Below, piece by piece: positions 26,052 through 34,778 of a stretch of 36,074 bases of DNA. Position 1 is the first letter of the stretch; each line of letters begins with the position of its first letter. Made by a program: the position numbers and the translations under genes. The DNA comes from an uncultured bacterium (lineage in GTDB: Bacteria; Abyssobacteria; SURF-5): contig CAZSKP010000014.1 in NCBI GenBank assembly GCA_964607485.1, positions 1 through 36,074 of the forward strand. The letters are read 5' to 3'. The notes beneath the pieces were generated by a model. That model searched no databases and had not been told where the DNA came from. It saw only the letters and a list, made by a program, of their open reading frames with translations.

Positions 26052-28136
26052 ATGAGCGACCGCCGTCCCATATCGCTTCAGCGTTCATATCTTCCCGCCG
26101 GGCTTCGTGCCCGCGACGTTTTGCCCGCCGGCTTCGCCTTTGCGGCCGCCCTGTCGGTGTTTCTGTTCACCCTCGCGCCCACAATCACCTTTGGCGACTC
26201 GGGCGAACTCATAACGGCGGCGGTCACGCTCGGTGTTGCGCATCCTCCCGGTTATCCGCTCTGGCTGCTCCTTGCCAGGCTTTTCTCGTTACTGCCCATA
26301 GGCTCCATTGCGTACAGGCTGAACCTCATGTCCGCCATACTCGACGCGATCGCCGTCGGAATTCTCACGGTCGTGATCTCGAGAACGCTCCCGAAAGTGT
26401 GCGCCCGGATAATCCCGGGCGAGGCGTTTGAATCGCCGGTGGCGAGCGTGACGATGGGTTCGGCGTCGGCGACGGCCGCGCTCTGCCTCGCTTTTTCGCC
26501 CACGTTCTGGCAGCAGTCGCTCGTCTCCGAGGTCTATGCGCTCAATAGTTTTCTCGTCTGCCTGATCCTCCTGCTTCTGGCGCTGTGGGGAGAAGCTCCG
26601 CAGAAGCATGGCCTGTTGCTCGCGCTCGCGTTTGTGTTCGGAGCGGGCCAGGCGAATCATCAGACGCTCCTGCTCATGGCGCCGGCCATCGCTGCATACG
26701 TCGTGCTGATCAAACCGCGCGTCTTGATATCCCCGCGGCTGGTTTCCGGCTGTATCGCGTTGTTTCTGCTCGGGCTCTGTCTGTACCTGTATCTGCCCAT
26801 TCGGGCCTCGGCCCATCCGCCCGTGAACTGGGGCGACCCGACCTCGTGGGAGGCGTTCTGGTTTCATGTTACGCGGAAACAATACAGGGCCATCGAGGTG
26901 CTCAGGCCGTTCTCGGTTTTCGGCCCCCAGTTGAAATTTTTCTTCAGCACGGTGAGCAGCGAGTCGCTGCCGGCCGTGCTGCTTGTGCCCGCTCTGCTCA
27001 CCGTCGGGTTCACGCGCAGGGAGGGAAGGGTGTGGCTGCTCTTCACGCTCGCGGCTTTCCTCTGTACGGGCGTTCTCCTGATTGTCATCGCCAACACGGA
27101 ACTCGACCTGAATGCGCAGGATATTCTGAAAGTGTACTTCCTGCCGGCATGGATGATCGTCACCGTCTGGATCGGCTATGGGATAGGCATGATCGGGCTG
27201 TTGGCGCTGCGGGCCTCGCGACGACTGCGCCGCGAGGCGATACCGGCGACGGTCGTTGCGGCATTGTGGCTGATGCTGCCCGTCAGCAGTCTCGCGCTCA
27301 ACTACAGGGCGGCGAGCATGAGAGGGCACGATTTCGGCCGCCTGTACGGAGACATGCTGCTCAACGGCCTCCGGCGGGACGCGGTCCTGCTTGTGGGGAC
27401 GGATTCCGCATATTCCATTCCCATGTACATGAAGTGGGTGAGGGGTCGCAGGCCGGACGTGTCGGTGCTCAGCGTCAACAGGCTGTCTCACCAGAGCTAT
27501 CGAGAAGAGGCGATGCGCAACGCGCCCGACCTCGCCTTCTTGACCGCGAAAGATTATGTCGAGGCCTTCTCGCAATACGCATCCGCCGGGGGAGAGGCAG
27601 GCGGCGGAGTGTACGGCTCCCGCAAGATAGCGCTCATAAACGGCTACCTGGCGGGAAAGCTCTTCCAGCGTAACATCTCGAAAAGGCCGATGTATTACGA
27701 TGAAGGGATGCCCATCGAATGGATACGCGACTACGCGATTCCCTCGGGGCTGGTGATGGAGCTGAGAGAGAAGAGGGTCGAATCGCTGCCCGCCGAAGCG
27801 GTGGCATCAGATACGGATTACTGGAATTCGCTCGAGGCCAAGCTGCTCGGCAACACCAATTTCCTCGCCGACCTCGCCGCCCGGCAGAAATTCTCCAAGT
27901 GTCGGTCGAACACGGGCGCCCTGTATCTCCATCACAAGATGTATCCGGAGGCCGAAGCTGCGCTCAAACAGGCCATTCGCTTCTCGGACAGGAATATAGA
28001 GGCGTACGCCCTGCTCGCGGTCATGTATAAGGAACAGGGCAGGCAGGAAGAGGCTGTCAGAATCTTCGAGGGATATTTGCACCGAGACACATGGAACACC
28101 AGCGCGCGCGCCTTCGCCCGTTCGCTCCGGCAGTGA
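26052..28136 (+). CDS. DUF2723/TMEM260-like GT-C protein with C-terminal TPR (candidate protein O-mannosyltransferase)
   Basis: TLAPTITFGDSGELITAAVTLGVAHPPGYPLW, SEVYALN, NHQT, YLYLPIRA, NWGDP; C-terminal helical TPR-like repeats. Confidence 0.88.
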   Translation: MSDRRPISLQRSYLPAGLRARDVLPAGFAFAAALSVFLFTLAPTITFGDSGELITAAVTLGVAHPPGYPLWLLLARLFSLLPIGSIAYRLNLMSAILDAIAVGILTVVISRTLPKVCARIIPGEAFESPVASVTMGSASATAALCLAFSPTFWQQSLVSEVYALNSFLVCLILLLLALWGEAPQKHGLLLALAFVFGAGQANHQTLLLMAPAIAAYVVLIKPRVLISPRLVSGCIALFLLGLCLYLYLPIRASAHPPVNWGDPTSWEAFWFHVTRKQYRAIEVLRPFSVFGPQLKFFFSTVSSESLPAVLLVPALLTVGFTRREGRVWLLFTLAAFLCTGVLLIVIANTELDLNAQDILKVYFLPAWMIVTVWIGYGIGMIGLLALRASRRLRREAIPATVVAALWLMLPVSSLALNYRAASMRGHDFGRLYGDMLLNGLRRDAVLLVGTDSAYSIPMYMKWVRGRRPDVSVLSVNRLSHQSYREEAMRNAPDLAFLTAKDYVEAFSQYASAGGEAGGGVYGSRKIALINGYLAGKLFQRNISKRPMYYDEGMPIEWIRDYAIPSGLVMELREKRVESLPAEAVASDTDYWNSLEAKLLGNTNFLADLAARQKFSKCRSNTGALYLHHKMYPEAEAALKQAIRFSDRNIEAYALLAVMYKEQGRQEEAVRIFEGYLHRDTWNTSARAFARSLRQ

Positions 28137-28212
28137 GGCTCTGAAGCCGGCGGCTCGGAAGTTATAACTAGGAAGAAGCCTTGGGTGTACGCTGCGGAAG
28201 GGATCGGGTGAG

Positions 28213-28938
28213 TCACTCGACGCCGTAGCGGCGGGCTACGAGTGTATTCGCCCTCACAAGCGAAGGGAACGTGCCGGCGTCGGTCCACCACCCATCGAGA
28301 ATCTCGTAGGTCATGTTGCCCCGCCGGATATAGGCGTTGTTTACGTCGGTGATCTCCAGCTCACCCCTGTCTGAAGGCTTAAGCGTCTTGATGATATCAA
28401 ACACGGTGTTGTCGTACATGTAGATTCCAACCACCGCATAGTTGGACTGGGGCTTTTTCGGCTTTTCATCGATTCTTTCAACCTTGTCCCCATTCAAAAT
28501 GGCCACGCCGAAACGCTCGGGGTCGTTTACCTCCTTCAAGAATATCTTCGCGCCGACTTTCTGCCGTTCGAAATCTTCGACCGCCTTACGAATGGACCCC
28601 TCGATTATGTTGTCGCCCAGAATGACGGTTATCATGTCGTCGCCCGCAAAATGTTCGGCCAGCCCGAGGGCCTCGGCGATCCCGCCCTCTCCCTCCTGGT
28701 AGGTGTAGTTTATGTGTTTGAGGCCGAATTCCTTGCCGTTTCCCATGAGCCTCAAGAAATCGCCCGCGCTGTTGCCGCCGGTGACCAGAAGGATATCCTT
28801 GATTCCCGCTTCCACGAGGGTTTCGACCGGGTAATAGATCATCGGCTTATTGTAGATGGGGAGCAGATGCTTGTTCGTCACCTTTGTGAGGGGGAGGAGG
28901 CGCGTTCCCAAACCGCCGGCGAGCACGATGCCTTTCAT
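28213..28938 (-). CDS. Glucose-1-phosphate thymidylyltransferase, short form (RmlA/SpsI-like)
   Basis: MKGIVLAGGLGTRLLPLT, NKHLLPIYNKPMIYYP, LGDN, EKPK, LKPSDRGELEITD, WWTDAGT. Confidence 0.92.
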   Translation of the reverse strand: MKGIVLAGGLGTRLLPLTKVTNKHLLPIYNKPMIYYPVETLVEAGIKDILLVTGGNSAGDFLRLMGNGKEFGLKHINYTYQEGEGGIAEALGLAEHFAGDDMITVILGDNIIEGSIRKAVEDFERQKVGAKIFLKEVNDPERFGVAILNGDKVERIDEKPKKPQSNYAVVGIYMYDNTVFDIIKTLKPSDRGELEITDVNNAYIRRGNMTYEILDGWWTDAGTFPSLVRANTLVARRYGVE

Positions 28939-28984
28939 TTCTGAAGTTCCTCTCTATTCGTCGCCCTCGAGGCAGTTTCTCGCA

Positions 28985-29548
28985 TCAATCGAGGGACTTT
29001 ACGAAACTTGCCTTGAACCCGGGAATCCGACGAACCGATTCCAAGACCTGTTGGGCCTCCGCCTCGTCTTCGTACGGGCCGACGTACACGCGATACCATC
29101 TCCCTTTTTCGCCCAGGTCGGCCTCGAAAATCCCAGCGGGAAAACCCTCGGCCATGATCCTGTTTCTGGCGGCGGAGGCGTCGCCTCGATTTGAGGTGGA
29201 GATGGTCTGAATGACGTATCTCGTGGACAAGAGCGGAGACGAAGCGTCTCCGAGCGGCAGGATTGACACCTCCGGTTCGGTTGGCTCCGTCGGCGGAGAA
29301 GGGACCGACGTCGAGGGAGAAACCGTTGCCTCATCCAGAGCGGCGCCCGACTCCAATGCGGGCAGGCCCGCTCCTTCAGGCTCGGCCGTCCGGGACTCAC
29401 TGGGATTCTGAGCGGCTCCGCTCGGATATCTTGAAACGGAGACACCCTGCCTCTGGACCGCCCATCTTCCCCCGATGAGCCCGCCTCCCAACGACAGAAA
29501 CAAGACCCCTCCGAACAGACAGATGAGCTGTCCGACCCCCACTTTCAT
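28985..29548 (-). CDS. SPOR-domain membrane-anchored protein (FtsN/DedD-like)
   Basis: N-terminal TM, Pro/Ser/Thr/Glu linker, YVIQ...WYRVYVGPYEDEAEA. Confidence 0.85.
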   Translation of the reverse strand: MKVGVGQLICLFGGVLFLSLGGGLIGGRWAVQRQGVSVSRYPSGAAQNPSESRTAEPEGAGLPALESGAALDEATVSPSTSVPSPPTEPTEPEVSILPLGDASSPLLSTRYVIQTISTSNRGDASAARNRIMAEGFPAGIFEADLGEKGRWYRVYVGPYEDEAEAQQVLESVRRIPGFKASFVKSLD

Positions 29549-29600
29549 TCCATCACGCTCCAGCTCGCCGGGTCCAAACCGCTACCCGTGTTCGGGATAC

Positions 29601-29630
29601 ACTTTACCATTTCACCGTGAAGCGTGTCAA
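29601..29630 (-). promoter_or_regulatory. Sigma-70 promoter of SPOR/nucleotidyltransferase genes
   Basis: Minus strand TTGACA-N18-TAAAGT with extended -10 TG. Confidence 0.55.
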
Positions 29631-29672
29631 TCACACGGGCGATTTTCGCGGGAAGGAATGCGCCTGAGAGGG

Positions 29673-30599
29673 TCAGCTTTGCTCTTTCGCCGCCCCATCG
29701 GGCGACTGCGTTGCGGCTGCGGGGTCCGTCGATGTCGTGCCGGCGGCAGAAGGCTCGCCGACGACCCAGACGGGGCAGGCCGCCTGACGCGCAAGCCTGA
29801 TGGCGACGCTGCCAAACAGGAACTCCTCGGAGCGCGACAGCCTGTGGCGTCCGACAACGATCGCGCTGTAGCCGCCCGCCTTCAGCTCATCGAGTATCAC
29901 GTCCGAGGTGCGGGCGTTCTGCGAATGCGCGATGCGGCTCTCCAGGCGGGCTTCGTCGAACCCGCCCCGCAGCAACAGTTCGCGTGCCTTTTCGATTGCG
30001 CGCGCGCTCGATTCGAGAACCTTCGACTGCTCTTCCTCATGTTCTTTGTCCGACTCGAAAAGCTCGGGATTGGGCCTGTGCGACACGCTCAGCAGGGTGA
30101 CTTTCACATCAGGAACTCGGCCGAACAGGTTCGCGACGTAGCGCACCGCATTCATCGAGGCTCCGGAATTGTCGAGATACATGAGGAATCTCTGGTCAAT
30201 GGGAAACGTTGTCGCGGGATAAGAGGCGGGCTCGCGGATGGCCTCCTCATAGCCGCTCCTTATATCGGCATAGGTGCCCGTGAGAAAACCGACGACGAAG
30301 AGCAGGAATATCTGGATGCCGTTGCTGACTGCCAGGTCGGTGGTCGGCATCATCACGGTCACGGCGTGATGGATGTACACGGCGGAAATGACGGCGGCGG
30401 CGGCGAGCCCGCCCTTCTTGCCGAACCACCATCCGGAAAGCGAGACCGGAACAAAGAAGAGTGTCTGGAGTAGTATGTGCAGATACATCAGCCGGTGCGG
30501 TGTTCCGTAGTGGAAGAGGACGGTGCCAATGATGAGACACGCTATCAGCAGCAGTTTCGATTTCTTGTCCGACACGCTTATCACGAAACCTTTCTTCAC
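29673..30599 (-). CDS. Universal stress protein fused to an N-terminal 4-TM (DUF4118-like) domain
   Basis: Four hydrophobic helices then USP fold (FLMYLDNSGAS, AIVVGRHRLS, FLFGSVAIRL, CPVWVV); GTGA overlap with the kinase gene. Confidence 0.85.
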   Translation of the reverse strand: MKKGFVISVSDKKSKLLLIACLIIGTVLFHYGTPHRLMYLHILLQTLFFVPVSLSGWWFGKKGGLAAAAVISAVYIHHAVTVMMPTTDLAVSNGIQIFLLFVVGFLTGTYADIRSGYEEAIREPASYPATTFPIDQRFLMYLDNSGASMNAVRYVANLFGRVPDVKVTLLSVSHRPNPELFESDKEHEEEQSKVLESSARAIEKARELLLRGGFDEARLESRIAHSQNARTSDVILDELKAGGYSAIVVGRHRLSRSEEFLFGSVAIRLARQAACPVWVVGEPSAAGTTSTDPAAATQSPDGAAKEQS

Positions 30600-31585
30600 G
30601 TCGTCAATGGACGGTGATCTTCCGCGGGCATCGATGCCGTTGCGTCGGCCAGGTCTTCGGCAATCTCGGCGGCCGACTCGTAGTACCGTTCGGTTCCGGC
30701 GGCAAAGTGCATCAGCACCCGGTTCAGCTTGTCGGGAACGTAGGGATAGAGTTTCTTCCAGTTCATCAGGCGTGTGGGCTCGACCGGCGAAAAGTCTTCG
30801 GGGCTCAGGTCTTCCATCGCCTGTGCGAGAGCCGGGTTGAAACGAAGGTTGTGAATGGTTCTCTCGCCCTTGCCCAGCAGCTCGCTGAGGATGTTGCCGA
30901 CTCCGAGCAGGTCGAGCGCCAGCGGGGCCTCGTCAAAGATGAAATCGTAATCGAAGTCGATCCAGCGGAGCCGGCCGGTTTCCCTGGCGAGTATGAGATG
31001 GTCGGCCCGAACGTCGCCGTGCCGTATCCCGAGTCGGTGAAGAGAATCGAGCGCAGTCAGGCACGGGACGAACAATTGCAGGAGCGACGGGAGCAGCTCG
31101 CGGAAGTAGGCCTCGTGGGGTCCGGGGTGTGTCTCTATCTTGTCCAGAAGGGTCTTCCCGCTGATGTGGTCGATGATGCGCACCTCTTTGTTTCGTTCGG
31201 CAGCGATCGTGCGGCCCTGCATGAAGTGCACGTGTCCCCTGACGCACTCGAGCGCGCGCCCCTCTTTCGCAGGGCTCCGAAAACAGCGAACCACATGCTC
31301 GCCGTATTTCAGGTCGAACTGCTCGAGATAGACCAGCTTGATGATTTTGCGCTTTCCCGTTGACACGTCGTAGGCGTATTTCACCCAATACTTCGGCTCC
31401 TCATCCAGCCCGAAGCTCCTCTCCCTCGCGGTTCCACTGATGACGTAGTGGTGACCGTCGAGCAGCACGATATCGCCGCGATTGATGGAAAAGAAGTCGC
31501 TCACTTCTTCGTGAATGGTCACGCTCGCGGGGCGAATATTCAGATATTTCTCCACTTCGTCCTGCAAATCCGTTCGCGCGCTCAT
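30596..31585 (-). CDS. Atypical protein-kinase-like (Ser/Thr kinase-fold) protein
   Basis: KIIKL Lys, KE helix-C Glu, catalytic loop LH..GIRHGDVRADH, WIDFD; GGAGAGG before ATG 31585. Confidence 0.75.
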   Translation of the reverse strand: MSARTDLQDEVEKYLNIRPASVTIHEEVSDFFSINRGDIVLLDGHHYVISGTARERSFGLDEEPKYWVKYAYDVSTGKRKIIKLVYLEQFDLKYGEHVVRCFRSPAKEGRALECVRGHVHFMQGRTIAAERNKEVRIIDHISGKTLLDKIETHPGPHEAYFRELLPSLLQLFVPCLTALDSLHRLGIRHGDVRADHLILARETGRLRWIDFDYDFIFDEAPLALDLLGVGNILSELLGKGERTIHNLRFNPALAQAMEDLSPEDFSPVEPTRLMNWKKLYPYVPDKLNRVLMHFAAGTERYYESAAEIAEDLADATASMPAEDHRPLTT

Positions 31586-31633
31586 CGTATCCTCTCCAAT
31601 CAATGTTCTTCGCCGGGTTTTGCTGTCATTAAT

Positions 31634-31650
31634 AGCAAGTTCGATGCCCA
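31634..31650 (-). promoter_or_regulatory. Sigma-54 promoter of kinase-USP operon
   Basis: Minus strand GGCAT-CGAAC-TTGCT (GG-N10-GC); AT-rich tract at ~31692-31729 upstream. Confidence 0.6.
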
Positions 31651-31929
31651 AATTGGATGAGCGAAATGCGTGATCTTGAGCTACGCACGGGAAGTTATAT
31701 ATTCTTGTTATACAAAAGTTTATGATATTGCGGAAATGTCGGGGCGTTGGCGGTCCCGCGGGCTGGCGTGTTGGCAATCCTACACAGGCTGTTTGCTAAC
31801 CGCCAGATGGAGAGTCCCGACCCTTCATCATGGCAGGCTATCGCGGGCGAGCGTGCAACCGGTCAGCCACACCGACACGCGGTGCTGGCAAGGCCCCTAC
31901 CCTGCTGAAATCAGACGCGTTATGAATGA

Positions 31930-31953
31930 AGGGGGCTCTCCCGAGAGCCCCCT
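31930..31953. repeat. Perfect GC-rich inverted repeat
   Basis: AGGGGGCTCTC-cc-GAGAGCCCCCT with no U-tract on either side. Confidence 0.7.
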
Positions 31954-32008
31954 CCGTTGCCCCGAATCGGCTCGCGGTCGTCTCCGGCCACTGCGATGCC
32001 CGACTCCT

Positions 32009-32025
32009 TTGGCACCTTAGTTGCT
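32009..32025 (+). promoter_or_regulatory. Sigma-54 promoter of YHS gene
   Basis: TTGGCAC-CTTAG-TTGCT, exact TGGCAC-N5-TTGC consensus. Confidence 0.78.
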
Positions 32026-32084
32026 TAGTTCTTCTTTGGCACTGTAGCCAGATAATGGCTAAGATAGATAGAAGGAGATAGGAG

Positions 32085-32285
32085 ATGATGATAATGGTTA
32101 GCGGAAAAACGTGCCAGGTTTGCGCGAAACCGATAAACGAAAAAGAAATGTATTTCGAGAAAAATTACAAGGGAACCACGTATTTTGCCTGTTGTCCGAT
32201 ATGCTTTTCGATTCTGCAGAAATATCCCGAAAAGCACATCGGGGCTGCGTTCCCTGAAATGCAACAGTCGGCCAAAGACAACTGA
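32085..32285 (+). CDS. Small YHS/TRASH-like metal-binding protein
   Basis: CQVC...YKGTTYFACCPIC...YPEKH; AAGGAG and AGGAG SDs; exact start among tandem ATGs uncertain. Confidence 0.8.
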   Translation: MMIMVSGKTCQVCAKPINEKEMYFEKNYKGTTYFACCPICFSILQKYPEKHIGAAFPEMQQSAKDN

Positions 32286-32653
32286 GGCCAGCCTGGGGCA
32301 TTCTTTCAGGCGGCTGAAAGATCAGGAGGATTCGCCTGAGGCCGCCTCAGGCACAACGGCCTACCCCGCGTTTCAACGTTGACCGGGTCGCCCTGCGGTG
32401 GATACGCGGGAGGAGAAATCCTGCGCCTTCCAGCCCGGCCGTACGGAGACTGTCCGCCGTGGCGGGTGATGTGAGGCGAATGGCCGGAGAATGCCGCCCT
32501 TGACACGATAGAGTGCCAAGAGCGATTCCGCAAAGGTTCGACTCCCTCAACAGAAAAATAGTATCATGTTCCCGAAACTCATACTCCGTGCAAATTCGTG
32601 TTTCGGCGGTTTGCTCTGATCCATGATCCGTGGTCCGATGAGGGAAGGACTCG

Positions 32654-33754
32654 ATGAACGCTCGCGAAAGATTCATCGCAACATGCAAATTCGAACCCGT
32701 TGACAGGCCGTTCAGAATGGAAACAATCGGCTTCTGGCCCGAGACAATCAACCGCTGGCACGAAGAAGGTCTGCCCGACTGGGCCGAAGAACTGACCGCA
32801 CTTGTGCACTTCGGGATGGACCTGCGGATGATCATTCATCTCGGTGACTTCGACAACCCTTGCCTCTATCCCGCCTTCGAGGAAGAGGTGATCGAAGAGA
32901 CCGAGAAATACAGGATCAAGCGCACGCCCGCGGGCTCGGTGATACGCGAGTTCACCGACGGCACGTCGTCGATTCCCGAATTCATGGAGTTCCCCGTAAA
33001 GGATATGCGCTCGTTCGAGCAAATGAGATGGAGGCTCGAGCCCTCGCTCACCGAACGTCTGGGCAGCGACTGGGATTACTCGTCGAGCGCATACAACGAG
33101 TCCGAGCTGCCTGTGTTCGTCTATACGTGCGGCCTGTTCGGGCTCGCACGGCATCTGCTCGGTTTCGAGAACCTGATGTACGCCTATTTCGATTCGCCCG
33201 AATTGATTCACGCCATCGGCGAGCAGTGGGTGAAGCTGTGCACCGCGTTTCTGGAGAAGGTCGCGTCAACCGTCAAGATCGACGCGATCGACTTCTGGGA
33301 GGACATGGCGTACCGCAACGGCCCGATGATCGGTCCCGAAATGTTCAAGGAGTTCATGTCGCCGTACTACAAGCGGGTCATCGACTGCGCGCGCTCGGTC
33401 GGGGTCGATGTGTTGGAGGTCGATTCCGACGGCAACATCAATCAGCTGATACCGCTGTTCGTCGATGCCGGCGTCAATTTGCTCTATCCGTTCGAGGTTC
33501 AGGCCGGAATGGACATCCTCAAGGTCCGCAAGCAATACGGGAAGCGGCTGGCGATCCTGGGCGGTCTCGACAAGCGGAAGCTTGCGCTCGACTTCGACGC
33601 CATCAGGGAAGAGGTCGAATCCAAAGTGCCCGTCATGCTCAAGCGAGGCGGCTACATCCCTTCCCTCGACCACAACGTCCCTCCCGACGTCCCCCTCGAA
33701 AACTTCGAGTATTATCTGAAGCTGGTGCGAGAGATTGGGGAGAGGGATGTGTAG
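32654..33754 (+). CDS. Uroporphyrinogen decarboxylase (URO-D/MtaA) superfamily protein, function unknown
   Basis: MNARERF...VDRP, FPVKD, LGFENLM, WEDMAY, DSDGN, PFEVQAGMD, GGLDK, GGYIPSLDH. Confidence 0.85.
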   Translation: MNARERFIATCKFEPVDRPFRMETIGFWPETINRWHEEGLPDWAEELTALVHFGMDLRMIIHLGDFDNPCLYPAFEEEVIEETEKYRIKRTPAGSVIREFTDGTSSIPEFMEFPVKDMRSFEQMRWRLEPSLTERLGSDWDYSSSAYNESELPVFVYTCGLFGLARHLLGFENLMYAYFDSPELIHAIGEQWVKLCTAFLEKVASTVKIDAIDFWEDMAYRNGPMIGPEMFKEFMSPYYKRVIDCARSVGVDVLEVDSDGNINQLIPLFVDAGVNLLYPFEVQAGMDILKVRKQYGKRLAILGGLDKRKLALDFDAIREEVESKVPVMLKRGGYIPSLDHNVPPDVPLENFEYYLKLVREIGERDV

Positions 33755-33848
33755 AATCGTCCGGCAACGCGGTCAGGCAAGAGTGTGAATGCAGGAATTG
33801 ATCGCGATTCTGCTCTCACGAGACGATGCGGTCGTCATGCAAATCATT

Positions 33849-34778
33849 TTAAGCCGCCACGTGCATTCTTATAAAAGCACAGATTTCATTCATTGCTTGC
33901 GTAGCTTCGGGAAAAAGGGGAGCGCATACGGGATAACAATGAAACAGCCCCTCTCCGACTCTCAATGTAACATCCACGCCTGCACCCTTAGCCTTTTCTG
34001 CAAAGCACACCGAGTCATCGAGAAGCGTTTCGTCTCCTCCGACATAAATGAGTGTAGGTGGAAGACCACGAAGGTCGCCGTAAAGAGGGGATATCCACGG
34101 CAGTTCCGGATCGCTGTCGCCCACGTAATGTCTGCTGCAAGCGGCCGTCATCCCCTCGGGAGAAAGACATTTCTTGGCGTTGCTCCGGTAAGACTCCCCT
34201 GAACACTTGAGGTCCGTCCAGGGAGAGATCGCCACCGCAGCCGAGGGAAGAGGAATGCCTTTATCCCTCAAGGCAAGTAACGTGGCCAAACACAGACCTC
34301 CTCCGGCGGAGTCTCCGGCAAATACAATGTGAGAAGATGAAACGCCCTGGGCCAGCAACCAGCGGTACGCTTTGACTGAGTCATCGAGCGCTGCGGGGAA
34401 GGTATGTTCGGGGGCGAGACGATACTCATACAGCAGAGCGGCAGTGTTGGTGCCTTTGACGAATTTGGAGACGTGAATTCGGTGATCGGAACACGAACCC
34501 GAAACATATCCGCCGCCGTGAGCAAAGAATATCACTTTGTCTTTCGCCGCCCCGGAAGGCAATATCCATTCCGCCGGGAGACCGTCGATCGTAACAGGCG
34601 TGACTTTTATCCCTGCGGGGATTTTGCCGAACCGCTTGGCGCCTTTTTCACATTCTCGGCGGAAACGGAGTATCGATTCCTTCTTGTTCCAATCGATGTT
34701 CTCTTTCCTTAACCGGAATTGGAACAAATGGCGATTTCTCAATATAAATACCAGCAGACGGCTTCGCAAACTCGGCAC
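33849..34778 (-). CDS. Alpha/beta hydrolase, hormone-sensitive-lipase family esterase
   Basis: HGGGY, YRLAPEH, GDSAGG nucleophile, ISPWTD, ETLLDD, GLFH; GAGGAG before GTG. Confidence 0.93.
   Translation of the reverse strand: MPSLRSRLLVFILRNRHLFQFRLRKENIDWNKKESILRFRRECEKGAKRFGKIPAGIKVTPVTIDGLPAEWILPSGAAKDKVIFFAHGGGYVSGSCSDHRIHVSKFVKGTNTAALLYEYRLAPEHTFPAALDDSVKAYRWLLAQGVSSSHIVFAGDSAGGGLCLATLLALRDKGIPLPSAAVAISPWTDLKCSGESYRSNAKKCLSPEGMTAACSRHYVGDSDPELPWISPLYGDLRGLPPTLIYVGGDETLLDDSVCFAEKAKGAGVDVTLRVGEGLFHCYPVCAPLFPEATQAMNEICAFIRMHVAA

Noticed and set aside
31670-32020. 116-aa ORF and other short ORFs between the kinase and UroD genes
   Set aside because: No SD or motifs; they overlap promoter elements.
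32501-32519. GAGTGCCAA / TTGGCAC half site (CIRCE or sigma-54)
   Set aside because: No matching left CIRCE arm and no TTGC at the -12 position.
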